From Gammaproteobacteria bacterium (lineage in GTDB: Bacteria; Pseudomonadota; Gammaproteobacteria; Pseudomonadales; Azotimanducaceae): a DNA stretch of 64,000 nt. How positions within the stretch are numbered: the first letter of the stretch is position 1; every line of letters starts with the position of its first letter. Of the stretch, positions 21,345 to 30,186 are shown one piece after another. Both the position numbers and the translations under genes were made by a program. The stretch is taken from assembly GCA_030828335.1 (NCBI GenBank), contig JAURCQ010000001.1, positions 1,492 to 65,491 on the forward strand. Direction: 5' to 3'. A model generated the notes under the pieces. That model searched no databases and was not told the origin of the DNA. It saw only the letters and a list, made by a program, of their open reading frames with translations.

Positions 21345-22025
21345 ATGGCGAAAGCGCCACGAGCGAAAACCGCAGCAAAGGCCCCGGCAAGTCCGGCTAA
21401 CCCCGAGCTGGCTCGCGCGGAAAAAGCGCTGGCTGCGGCGCAGAAGGCCATGGAGGCAGATCGGGCCCGGGTCGCGGCGGCAAAGAAGCGCGTTTTGGCC
21501 GCGCAGGCGAAGGCCCGCGGCTCCGTCCGTAAGGCCGACAAAAATGCCCTAGCGTCCGCGCGGGCTGCGCTGCAAAAGGCGAACGAAAAGGTGCGGGCAA
21601 CCCGCGGGACCCTGGCGTCGGCGCAGGCAGCCCTGCGGGCTGCGAAGGCCAAGGCCAAGGTGGCTGCGCAGAAGGCCACCATCGAGGCTGGACTCGCCGC
21701 TGCCAATGCTGCGGCGCAGGCCAAGGTGGCCGAGCGCCTAGAAAAGGCCGTCGCCCAATTCCGCACCAAAAAGGCTGCGGAGCTTGCGCGAGTTGAGAAG
21801 CGCCGGGCCGCTGCTCGGGCCGCTGCTGCGGCGCGTCGGCTCCGGGCCCTAGAAAAAGGCGTTGCGAAGAAGCCGGCTGCGAAGAAGCCCGCTGTGAAAG
21901 CGCCCGCGGCGAAGGCGCCTGCAGCGCCGAAGGCCGCAGGGAAAAAAGCGGTTACCAAAAAGCCCGCGGCGAAGAAAGCACCGGCTCGCAAGGCGCCGGC
22001 TAAGAAGCTTGCCGCTAAAAACTGA
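21345..22025 (+). CDS. Ala/Lys-rich histone H1-like protein (AlgP-like): coiled-coil N-region plus KKPAAKK-type C-terminal repeats
   Basis: 226 aa read from the ATG at 21345, behind a GAAGGAG RBS. The N-terminal ~170 aa is A/K/R/E-rich and helical. The C-terminus is GVAKKPAAKKPAVKAPAAKAPAAPKAAGKKAVTKKPAAKKAPARKAPAKKLAAKN. Terminators flank it on both sides. Confidence 0.7.
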   Translation: MAKAPRAKTAAKAPASPANPELARAEKALAAAQKAMEADRARVAAAKKRVLAAQAKARGSVRKADKNALASARAALQKANEKVRATRGTLASAQAALRAAKAKAKVAAQKATIEAGLAAANAAAQAKVAERLEKAVAQFRTKKAAELARVEKRRAAARAAAAARRLRALEKGVAKKPAAKKPAVKAPAAKAPAAPKAAGKKAVTKKPAAKKAPARKAPAKKLAAKN

Positions 22026-22063
22026 GTAGGGCGCCCTTCGCCCTCAAGGCGATAGGACGTTGG

Positions 22064-22096
22064 AAAAACCCCGGGGGTCACCCTCGGGGTTTTTTT
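22064..22096. terminator. Bidirectional rho-independent terminator shared by the histone-like gene (+) and moeA (-)
   Basis: aaaaaccccgggggtcaccctcggggttttttt is a GC stem flanked by an A-tract and a T-tract. The moeA stop codon lies inside the T-tract. Confidence 0.75.
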
Positions 22097-23300
22097 ATGC
22101 CAGCGGTAAAAAGGTGACTTCCGCCCCCGCGGGAATATCGCCTTCCGGGAGCGGAAGATCGAGCAGGCAGTTGGCTTCGGCGAGGCCGCTGAGTAGATGG
22201 GAATCCTGCGCGTCGAAGGCTTCCACGGAGAAGCCCTGGGCCGTGGCCGTAAAGATCCCCCGCTGGAAGTCACGACGCCCCGGGGTCTTTTTCAGGGCCT
22301 TCGTCAGCGTTCCCCGGAGGCGCAGGGTAGGCGTTAGGATTTCCCCGGCGAGCAGGCGCAGCGCCGGCGCAACCAGTAGGTGGAAGGTGGCAAAGGCGGA
22401 AACGGGATTCCCGGGAAGGCCAAAGAAGGCCCGTTGTCCCTGCAGCATGCCGTAGCTGAAGGGGCGCCCGGGCTTCAGCGCGAGGCGGTGGAAGGTTAGG
22501 GCGCCTTGCCGTTCGAGCCAAGGTCTCAGCACGTCCGCGTCGCCCACGGAAACCCCACCGGTGGAGATCAATGCGTCGGCCCCGGCCTCGAGCATTTCCC
22601 CGAGGGTGTGCTCGAGCGCTGCGGTGTCGTCATGGCTGTGCCAGCATCCCAGCACCTCGACCGGCAGGGCCGCAAGGGCCGCCGGAAGTAGGGCTTGGCT
22701 GGCATCATGAATCTGCCCCCAGGTCAGGGGCGTGCCGGGTGCGGCGAGCTCGTCCCCGGTGCTAAGGAGGGCGACCCGGGGGCGGCGCCAGCAGTGTACG
22801 GCGCCGAGCCCTGCGGCCGCGAAGAGTCCAAGGTGCCGGGCATGAAGGGCAAGGCCAGGATGCCCGAGGCGCTGGCCCTCGGCGACGTCGCCCCCGGCGG
22901 GACGCACATAGCGCCCGCCCTCAAGGGGCTGTTCGGTAAAGATGCGGCCCCCCTCTCGGCGCACCTCTTCCTGGGGCAGGACGCTGTCGCAGCTGGGCGG
23001 CACCGGCGCGCCGGTGAAGATGCGTACGCAGCTAGCCGGGGGTAGGGCTTCGTTCCAGGGCCGTCCGGCCCAGGCCGTTCCAACCACGGTCAGCCCCCCA
23101 TGGGCGAGCGCACCCAGCTCCGCGGCCCGGCAGGCGTAGCCGTCCATGGCCGAGGCTGGGAAGGGAGGGACGGCGTGGGTGGCCTGGGGCGTTTCGCTCA
23201 AGATCCGTCCCAGGGCTGCGCTTAGGGGAAGGCGTTCCTCCGTCTGCGGGGCGGGAAGCGTGGCTTTTAGCTGGGCCCAGGCGTCGTCGAGCTCGATCAT
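22095..23300 (-). CDS. moeA: Molybdopterin molybdenumtransferase MoeA
   Basis: 401 aa with MoeA-like domain order and the MoCF-biosynthesis motif STGGVSVGDAD. Confidence 0.85.
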   Translation of the reverse strand: MIELDDAWAQLKATLPAPQTEERLPLSAALGRILSETPQATHAVPPFPASAMDGYACRAAELGALAHGGLTVVGTAWAGRPWNEALPPASCVRIFTGAPVPPSCDSVLPQEEVRREGGRIFTEQPLEGGRYVRPAGGDVAEGQRLGHPGLALHARHLGLFAAAGLGAVHCWRRPRVALLSTGDELAAPGTPLTWGQIHDASQALLPAALAALPVEVLGCWHSHDDTAALEHTLGEMLEAGADALISTGGVSVGDADVLRPWLERQGALTFHRLALKPGRPFSYGMLQGQRAFFGLPGNPVSAFATFHLLVAPALRLLAGEILTPTLRLRGTLTKALKKTPGRRDFQRGIFTATAQGFSVEAFDAQDSHLLSGLAEANCLLDLPLPEGDIPAGAEVTFLPLA

Positions 23301-23362
23301 GGCAAGGGTCGTCCTTTGCAGGGGAACGCCGTATTCTAGCGCCCCGACGAAAGGGACACGCC

Positions 23363-24088
23363 ATGCTGGGATCGCTTACATCACCGTCGAACGTTCTCGC
23401 CCTCGATACCTCGGGGCCCGCCTGCTCCCTCGCCTTAAGCACGGCGGGGCAGGTGCTCGAGCGCCACGAAACGGGCGCCCGCATTCACAATGAACGGCTC
23501 CTTGCCCTGCTCGATGAGCTGTTCAAAGAAGCGGCCCTGGCTCCCCGTGCGTTGGACTGTCTTGTGCTTTCCGTAGGCCCCGGCGCCTTTACGGGACTGC
23601 GCATTGGCACCTCTGCGGCGCAGGCTCTGGCCTTTGCCGCGGACGCGCCGGTGCTGTGCGTTTCCAGCCTCGAGGCCCTGGCGCTGACCCATCAGGATGC
23701 GTTGCTGGCCGCGGGGCTCGACGCCGTGGAGGTGCTGGTGGATGCGCGCATGGGAGAGCTCTACCGAGCGACCTTCGCCCTCGGTGAGCGCGGGCTTGCC
23801 TATGAGGACGAGGACGAGATCACCACGGTCGAGGCCCTGACGGAGGCGCCGGCCCTTTCCTCCCGCTGGGGGCTGATCGGCGATGGGCAGAGCCTTCCGG
23901 CGCTTTCAGCACGGGGTGCCGAAGTGGGTTTCCAGGAGCCCAGCAACATCGTTCGAGCTCGGGCGCTGTTGCCCTTGCTGGCCCAGCGTGAGCCCGGCGC
24001 TCGGGAAAAGGCCGTGCCGCGTTACCTCGAGGGGCGCGTGCGATGGCAGCCCGCGCCGGCCCCGGGCATGCCTGTCTCCAGCGCTTGA
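23363..24088 (+). CDS. tsaB: tRNA t6A37 threonylcarbamoyl transfer protein TsaB (YeaZ)
   Basis: LALDTSGPACSLAL ... VGPGAFTGLRIGTSAAQALAFA is the typical TsaB N-terminal ASKHA fold. Confidence 0.8.
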   Translation: MLGSLTSPSNVLALDTSGPACSLALSTAGQVLERHETGARIHNERLLALLDELFKEAALAPRALDCLVLSVGPGAFTGLRIGTSAAQALAFAADAPVLCVSSLEALALTHQDALLAAGLDAVEVLVDARMGELYRATFALGERGLAYEDEDEITTVEALTEAPALSSRWGLIGDGQSLPALSARGAEVGFQEPSNIVRARALLPLLAQREPGAREKAVPRYLEGRVRWQPAPAPGMPVSSA

Positions 24089-24819
24089 TGATTCAGGGGG
24101 CGTTGCCATCCGCTTCCCTTTTCGATGGGCTCTCGGAGTGTGCGCTTCCCGAGGGCTGGGGCTGGCGTCGGGAAGGACCCCTGACTCTCGTGCCTCCCCC
24201 GGCCCTGACTCTCGCGCCGCTCACCTTGGACTTTGGGTCCGGGCGCCTCGCCCATCGATTACTGAGGGCAGCCGAAGAGCCCTTGGTGCGGGCCCTGGGG
24301 CTGCGTCGGAAGGACGGCCCGCGCCGGGTGGTGGACATGACCGGAGGGCTTGCGGGGGACGCCTCGCGCATGGCGGCAGCGGGGGCTGAGGTGCTGTTAA
24401 TCGAGCGCCACCCCGCCGTGCTGGCGCTGGTAGTGGATGCCCTCCGGCGCGCTGAGGCCGAAGGGCCAACCCCCTGGGGAGACCGGCTGCGACTGAGCTT
24501 GGGGAACGCGTGCGACGCCCTTCCCGAGGGCTTCGATGGAGCCTACCTCGACCCGATGTATCCCCCGCGGAAAAAGGCCGCCCTGGGTGCTCAGGAGCTA
24601 CGCGTCCTTGATGCGCTGTTTGCGGCGTCGGAGGAGGGAACGCGGGCGGAGGCGAGTACGCCTGAGGCGCTGCTTGCCGCGGCTCGGCGCGGGACCTTTC
24701 GGCGCATCGTTATGAAGGGGCCCGCGAGCTACCGACCGCCGCCTCCTGCACCGGATTTCGTTCATCGGGGTAAGGCGGTGAACTTCTACGGCTGGCTGTC
24801 TTCCGCAAACAGCGCCTGA
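24088..24819 (+). CDS. rsmJ: 16S rRNA (guanine1516-N2)-methyltransferase RsmJ (YhiQ)
   Basis: VVDMTGGLAGDASRMAAAGAEVLLIERHP ... AYLDPMYPPRKKAALGAQELRVLDAL matches RsmJ motifs. The ATG at 24088 overlaps the tsaB stop (TGATG). Confidence 0.75.
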   Translation: MIQGALPSASLFDGLSECALPEGWGWRREGPLTLVPPPALTLAPLTLDFGSGRLAHRLLRAAEEPLVRALGLRRKDGPRRVVDMTGGLAGDASRMAAAGAEVLLIERHPAVLALVVDALRRAEAEGPTPWGDRLRLSLGNACDALPEGFDGAYLDPMYPPRKKAALGAQELRVLDALFAASEEGTRAEASTPEALLAAARRGTFRRIVMKGPASYRPPPPAPDFVHRGKAVNFYGWLSSANSA

Positions 24820-27194
24820 GGCGTAGCGAACTGGCTTTGCAGGGCAGGGTCGATGGCGCTGCGACCCAGGCGCAGCGTGTGCCCGAGTACTTCCGTGGGG
24901 AAGAGGGCGCCGTCCCGAAGGGTTGCGAAGCCGCCCTCCACCAGCGCCAGGGCGAGATCGTGGCGTTCCGCCGCAAAGCTCTTTTCATCCCCCTCTAGCA
25001 CCGAGGTCCAGCGCAGGATTAGGGATCCCCAGCGGGTTTCAAAGGTTTTGGGATCGAGGCCCGGGCGTGCGCTCAGGAGTTGCCCCGCCAGGTAAAGGCG
25101 GTGCAGTAGGTCAGTCCCAAGCTGCGCGAGCAGCGGGGCGAGGGGATGGGGGCTCGGGCGCCAGCCTCGGCAGCGGCCCCGAAGCAGAAGCCCCATCTCT
25201 TCCAGCGCTGCGAGCTGGGTCTGCAGAGGGGGAAGCCCATCGCTTGCGGTGGGGAGCTTCCAGGCGTGGGTCAGAAGTGGGGTCAGGCGGGTCAGGGCTT
25301 CTGCCAAATAAGCCTCGCGTCGAGGCCGTTTCACAAGCGCAAGGAGCACCGCAGGCAGGATGACGCAGTGGGCAAGGCCGTTTCGATACCAAAGTAGATA
25401 GGGCGCTGCGCGCTTGGCGCTGAGTACGGGCCCAAGGGGATCTTCGATGCGCTCCAGAAGCCCATCCTCCTCACCCCGTGCCAGGAGCGCCTTGGCGTCC
25501 AAGTTGGGATGGGCCTGCAGGGGCGAAAGGGGTAGGCGATGAAGTAAGGCTTCCAGCGCCTCTAGGCTTTCCAGGGCCTGTTGCTCCCGCAGCCGGGCCT
25601 TGGGCGCGGCAAGGAAGAGGAGGGCGAGGCGCCCGATGCCATTGGCGGGTGCGACGGCGTTAATGCGCCCGAGCAGCGTCGCGCCCAGGGTCCGTAGGGT
25701 GGCGCTATCCTCCGGACTGGCCTGCGGGTGCTGCGCGAGAAAAGCCGGTAGGGGCAGGGGCTCCCCGAAGGTGACGGTGACGCCCCCAAAGCGCTGGCGC
25801 AGGAATTGGCGCGCCGAGCGGAGCAGGCCCAGAAGGCTTTCCCGTTCCTTTTCGCCGCCGCGGAGCTCCTTCAGGTAGCTGCCGCCTTCAATGATGCGCT
25901 CGTAGCTGAAATGCACGGGCACAAAGGCGAGGGGCCGACGAAGCCCCCGGTTGTGCGCACCCAGGGTCATGCGCAGCATGCCCCAGCGCGCGCTCAGCAT
26001 GCGGCCGCTTCGGCTGCGGCCCCCCTCCACGAAGTACTCCATGGCGAAGCCGTGGGTGAAGAGATGGTCCACATAGCTCTCAAAGACTGCGGTGTAGAGG
26101 GGATCCCCGGCGAATTTCCGGCGCATGAAAAATGCGCCCCCGCGCCGGAGCAGGGGGCCCGCCACGGGAAGGTTGAGATTATTCCCGGCAGCGATATGGG
26201 GCAGCATGACGCCCCCATAGAAGAGCACGTAGCTGAGCAGCAAATAGTCGATGTGGCTGCGATGGCAAGGGACGTAAACCAGGGTGTGGTCCCCGGCGAG
26301 CTCCCGGGCGCGATCGAGGTGCCTGACGGTCACCCCGTCGTAAAGGCGGTTCCAAAGCCAGCTGAGCAGCCAATCGAAAAAGCGCACCGTGGGGTAGGAG
26401 ATATCGGAGACGATCTCCTCGGCCATGGCTCGGGCGTCGCGCCAGGCTCGCTCCCGGGGCTGGTCGGCGGCATCAATGGCCGCGCGCACCCGAGGATCCT
26501 GAAGCACCTCCCCCAGGAGGGTGCGGCGGTGGGACAGGTCCGGGCCGAGGAGCGCTTCCCGGTGTCCCCGAAAGTGCTGCCGTAGAAGCCGTAGGAGGCG
26601 CCGCTCGGCGATGGCCGGCGGGCAATCCCGGGGGAAGGCCTCCTGTCCGATGGCCGGGGCAAAGCGCAGAAAGATGTGGTGCCGGTTGAGCGCAAAGGCG
26701 AGCCAGCGTCGGAGCCGGCCCGTGGTGGACCAGCGCTCACTAAATAGCCAGGGGAGGAGCGCGCCCTGGCGCTGGGGGGCACGTCCCCAGAAGACAGACA
26801 CGGCGAAGATCTGCGGCGGCGCTTCGCTACCCAGCTGCTCCGCGAGCGCGGGCAGGGCCTCGGAAAAGCGTCGGGCGCTGCGCCGTCCAAATAACCAGTG
26901 CCCTTCCCGGCGGCGCAAAAAGACCAGGCCCGGTGTTGCGCTTGGCCCCGCGAGCTCGCCCTGGGCAAGGGGTAGGCCCTGACGAAGGCATACGCTTTCC
27001 AGCGCCAGGCGCGCCAGGTGGGAGCGCTCCTCAAGGACGTAGACGGGGGCGGAAGCTAGGTTGGCCGGTAGCCCCTCGACATCAAGGGCGCGGGCGCGGA
27101 AGGCGCGGCCCAGAAGCCCCCGCAGCAGGCGATACCCCAGACTGTCCCCCCATGGCCGTGCCACGGCGCGCCCCTCTCCCAATGATCTGGGCAT
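24786..27194 (-). CDS. plsB: Glycerol-3-phosphate 1-O-acyltransferase PlsB
   Basis: 802 aa with the acyltransferase HX4D box (VPCHRSHIDYLLLSY) and FFMRR/FVEGGRSRSGR blocks. Confidence 0.9.
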   Translation of the reverse strand: MPRSLGEGRAVARPWGDSLGYRLLRGLLGRAFRARALDVEGLPANLASAPVYVLEERSHLARLALESVCLRQGLPLAQGELAGPSATPGLVFLRRREGHWLFGRRSARRFSEALPALAEQLGSEAPPQIFAVSVFWGRAPQRQGALLPWLFSERWSTTGRLRRWLAFALNRHHIFLRFAPAIGQEAFPRDCPPAIAERRLLRLLRQHFRGHREALLGPDLSHRRTLLGEVLQDPRVRAAIDAADQPRERAWRDARAMAEEIVSDISYPTVRFFDWLLSWLWNRLYDGVTVRHLDRARELAGDHTLVYVPCHRSHIDYLLLSYVLFYGGVMLPHIAAGNNLNLPVAGPLLRRGGAFFMRRKFAGDPLYTAVFESYVDHLFTHGFAMEYFVEGGRSRSGRMLSARWGMLRMTLGAHNRGLRRPLAFVPVHFSYERIIEGGSYLKELRGGEKERESLLGLLRSARQFLRQRFGGVTVTFGEPLPLPAFLAQHPQASPEDSATLRTLGATLLGRINAVAPANGIGRLALLFLAAPKARLREQQALESLEALEALLHRLPLSPLQAHPNLDAKALLARGEEDGLLERIEDPLGPVLSAKRAAPYLLWYRNGLAHCVILPAVLLALVKRPRREAYLAEALTRLTPLLTHAWKLPTASDGLPPLQTQLAALEEMGLLLRGRCRGWRPSPHPLAPLLAQLGTDLLHRLYLAGQLLSARPGLDPKTFETRWGSLILRWTSVLEGDEKSFAAERHDLALALVEGGFATLRDGALFPTEVLGHTLRLGRSAIDPALQSQFATPQALFAEDSQP

Positions 27195-27224
27195 CAGTGT
27201 AGCAAGGGCATCAAAGAAAAAGCG

Positions 27225-29177
27225 TCAGGGGTTCGTCGGGTCCCGGCCCTCGTAGTAGCCATCGATGGTTCGGGGTGCCTCCTCCCCGTCGCGCTGGGGC
27301 GTGACGCGCCATATGCCATTGGCCTTACGCGTTGTCACCGCTTCCACCTCCTCAGTCTCCCGAAGAATGGTGGGGCGAAGGAAGACCAAAAGGTTCCGCT
27401 TGATCCGCTCCCGGCTCGTGTTCTGAAACAGCTTGCCGGCCACGGGAATGGCGGACAGGAGGGGGACGCGCTGCACCGATTCCTGCGTGTCGTCCTGGAT
27501 CAGGCCACCGAGCACAATGGTCTGCGCATCTTCGGCGAGGATCACCGTGTTGATGGTGCGCTTGTTGGTAACGATGTCGGAGAAGCCCCCGGCCCCGATG
27601 GCCCCGGCGTTGGCCACGGAGGACACCACCTGTTCCACCTCGAGGCGCACCGAATCCCCTTCGTGGATGTGCGGAACGACGCGCAGCGTGATGCCCACGT
27701 CTTCCCGCTGAATCGTGGTGAAGGGGTTGTTCGCACCGCTTTGGTTCGTCGTGAAGGACCCCGTGCGGAAGGGGACGTTCTGCCCCACCACAATGGAAGC
27801 CTCCTCGTTATCCAGGGTGAGGATGCTCGGCGTGGAGAGGAGGTCTGAGTCGCTGTTGCTGTTCAGGGCTTGGAGGACTGCCCCGAAGGAGACGCCATTG
27901 GACAGCTTGGCCACGGCCACGGAGGGGCTGGTGAGGCTCGCGCCGGCGCCGAGGAGGTTTAAGTCCTGGGTGCTTTCGATGGTGCCGTCGCCAATGCTGT
28001 TTCCGAGCAAGGCTTGGAGTGCGCCGGCGAGGGGGCTGACGGCCAGGGGGGCGGAACTGCCCTCCCGGTCGATGACGGCCAGGTCGACGCCGAGGTCGCG
28101 GCGATCCTGCACCGCGACTTCCACGATGGCGGCTTCGATGAGCACTTGGGTCCGACGGACGTCGAGGCTTTCGAGAAGGTTGGAGACCTCCGCCAGGGTT
28201 GAAGGATCGCTTCGCACCACCACCGCATTGAGAGAGGGGTCCGCGGCGATGGTTGTTGCGGCGGCGTCGCCCTTGTTTCCTTCCTTTCCGGTCACGATCC
28301 CCTGGAGGAGCCCCGCCACCTCTTCCGCATCAGCGTGGCTTAAGCGAAACACCCGGGTGGAGCCCTGGCGGGTGGCGGGCTGGTCGAGCTGGCCAATGAG
28401 GCGCTGAAGGCGAGCGAGGGGCTCGGCCTGGCCCCGAAGCACAAGGGAATTGTTCCGGGCGTTGGCCACCACCTGCACCGCCTGGGGATTATTCCCCGAT
28501 TCCCCCAGGGCGTCCGGGGCGAGTTCGGCCAGAAGGGCCACCATGGTGTCGACGTAGGCCTCTTTCAGGGGTACCACCACCACCTGTTCGTCATTGGCAA
28601 CGTCGATTTCCTGGATGATCTTTTCCATGCGCGCGATGTTCTCCGCATGGTCCGACAGGATGATGACGTTGGGCTTATCGACGGACGCAACGTGGCCGTA
28701 TTGGGGAATGAGGGGCCGGAGGATTTTGACCAACTCGTTCGAAGGAACGTTCTCGGCCTTGATGACTCGGGTCACAATGGCTTCGCCATCGGCGCCCTCC
28801 GTGAAGTCCAAAGGCGCGCTGGACTGCTTCGCTAGCGTTTGCTGCACGATTTTGATGACCCCGCCGGCGGGGATGGCGGCGAAGCCGTGCACCCGAAGGA
28901 CCGATTGGAAAAGTTCATAGACGCCGTCCTCATCGAGCGCCGTAGACGACACGATCGTGATGCGCCCCTGCACCCGCGGATCGATGACGAAGTTCTTGCC
29001 CGTGATGCGGGCGACTTCGGAGATAAAGGCGTCAAGCTCGGCGTCCTTGAGATTGATCTGCCAGCTGCCCGTTTCCCCCTGAGCCCCAAGGGCAAGGGTC
29101 AGGAGCATCGCCACGGCAAGCACCCGCCGACCGCTTCGGGCGAGAAGGCGACGCAGCATCAGGAGAGGATTCGACAT
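27225..29177 (-). CDS. gspD: Type II secretion system secretin GspD
   Basis: Signal peptide, N0-N3 domains (INLKDAELDAFISEVARITGKNFVIDPRV...) and a C-terminal secretin domain (...RVPLLSAIPVAGKLFQ). I trimmed the start to the ATG at 29177 (MSNPLLMLRRLL...). Confidence 0.9.
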   Translation of the reverse strand: MSNPLLMLRRLLARSGRRVLAVAMLLTLALGAQGETGSWQINLKDAELDAFISEVARITGKNFVIDPRVQGRITIVSSTALDEDGVYELFQSVLRVHGFAAIPAGGVIKIVQQTLAKQSSAPLDFTEGADGEAIVTRVIKAENVPSNELVKILRPLIPQYGHVASVDKPNVIILSDHAENIARMEKIIQEIDVANDEQVVVVPLKEAYVDTMVALLAELAPDALGESGNNPQAVQVVANARNNSLVLRGQAEPLARLQRLIGQLDQPATRQGSTRVFRLSHADAEEVAGLLQGIVTGKEGNKGDAAATTIAADPSLNAVVVRSDPSTLAEVSNLLESLDVRRTQVLIEAAIVEVAVQDRRDLGVDLAVIDREGSSAPLAVSPLAGALQALLGNSIGDGTIESTQDLNLLGAGASLTSPSVAVAKLSNGVSFGAVLQALNSNSDSDLLSTPSILTLDNEEASIVVGQNVPFRTGSFTTNQSGANNPFTTIQREDVGITLRVVPHIHEGDSVRLEVEQVVSSVANAGAIGAGGFSDIVTNKRTINTVILAEDAQTIVLGGLIQDDTQESVQRVPLLSAIPVAGKLFQNTSRERIKRNLLVFLRPTILRETEEVEAVTTRKANGIWRVTPQRDGEEAPRTIDGYYEGRDPTNP

Positions 29178-29184
29178 GGGCGGC

Positions 29185-30144
29185 TCACTCAGGAATGGGG
29201 GCGGTAACGAAAAAGGTTCGCTGGCCGCGTTGAATTTCGAGGCGTGCGCTGCCCGAGGCCAGCACCGCATCAATTTGTTGGGGATTCTGCGCCAGGCCGT
29301 CGACGCCCTGGCCATTGACCGACAGGATGCGATCCCCGGGTCTGAGGCCCACCTGGGCCAGCGCGGCGGCAGGCACTTGGTTGTTGATTTCCAGGCCAGC
29401 GCCGCCGCTGGCGGGCGCGAGGCCGTAGCTGGCAAGGGCGGATTCCCCCTGTTCCGCGAGGGCGCCCTGGAAGGCGCGCAGGGCAGAACGGGGTGAGAAG
29501 GCGTTGGCGCTGCCGGAGCCCGGCGCGCTTGCGGAGGCGCTTCCCAGGGCGCTCGCGCTGCGCTGCCGGGATAAGGTCGGGGTCACGCTAGCGCTGCGCC
29601 TATCCTGGACTCCGGGGAGGGCCGAAGGGAGGGCCGATAGGGCTGCGCTGCCCGTGCCCTGGGCGCGGAAGCCGGCGGCGGCGGCGCCCTTGGGAAAACG
29701 AAGCACCTCCAGCTGGCCCTGGCGTCGGAGCAGGACCTGATCTTTCTGGACTTCGGCAAGTACCGCGCCCCCGGGAAGGGACGCGCCTTCCAGGTAGCGC
29801 CGCGGCTGCCCCCCGGCGGCGGAGATCAGGGCGCTGGATTCGCTGCTGCCGCTGAAAAGTCCGTGAAGCGTGAGGGCGAGGCGGGTTTCCGGTGCATTCA
29901 CCACGGGCCCTGCGGCAGACGGCCCGGCGGCGGTGCCGAAAAGGGCGGTCTGCAGGAGCCGCTGCCGGTCGTAAGCCGGCGTCAGCGCCGGGGTTGCCGT
30001 GGCGCCGGGAACGGCGGGAGGCGGGGTGGTGAACAGCATGACCCGATCCGCAAGATAGGTCCCAAGCGCTATGAGCAGCGCAACGCTGAGCGCCCTGGCC
30101 CCTCGCTTGGATCCGTTAGCGGTCATGGTGGCCTCCGCAGCCAT
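29185..30144 (-). CDS. gspC: Type II secretion system protein GspC (HR domain plus C-terminal PDZ)
   Basis: N-terminal TM, an HR-like segment (LALTLHGLFSGS...AVLAEVQKDQVLLRRQGQLEVLRF), a C-terminal PDZ (GLRPGDRILSVNGQGV) and a position directly upstream of gspD. Confidence 0.75.
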   Translation of the reverse strand: MAAEATMTANGSKRGARALSVALLIALGTYLADRVMLFTTPPPAVPGATATPALTPAYDRQRLLQTALFGTAAGPSAAGPVVNAPETRLALTLHGLFSGSSESSALISAAGGQPRRYLEGASLPGGAVLAEVQKDQVLLRRQGQLEVLRFPKGAAAAGFRAQGTGSAALSALPSALPGVQDRRSASVTPTLSRQRSASALGSASASAPGSGSANAFSPRSALRAFQGALAEQGESALASYGLAPASGGAGLEINNQVPAAALAQVGLRPGDRILSVNGQGVDGLAQNPQQIDAVLASGSARLEIQRGQRTFFVTAPIPE

Positions 30145-30186
30145 CGACGAGTCCGCCAGAGTGTACCAGCGTCCCCACGCCGGGCA

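Noticed and set aside
21860-22020. Short tandem-like DNA repeats (gcgaagaagccsgc...) that might look like a repeat array or VNTR.
   Set aside because: They are the in-frame coding repeats for the KKPAAKK tail of the histone-like protein. They are imperfect, have no spacers and no CRISPR-like architecture.
27225-29435. 5'-extended versions of real genes in the ORF track. Examples are gspD from 29435, degP from 10167, rpoE from 7777, nadB from 7991, map from 37044, glnD from 36229, tilS from 51703, nlpD from 61129, uppS from 40074, gspN from 31308 and ftsB from 57039.
   Set aside because: The extensions overlap upstream genes, encode Pro/Arg-rich junk, and are followed by internal start codons. 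Those internal starts carry RBS-like sequences and N-termini that match the known protein families, so I trimmed the coordinates accordingly.
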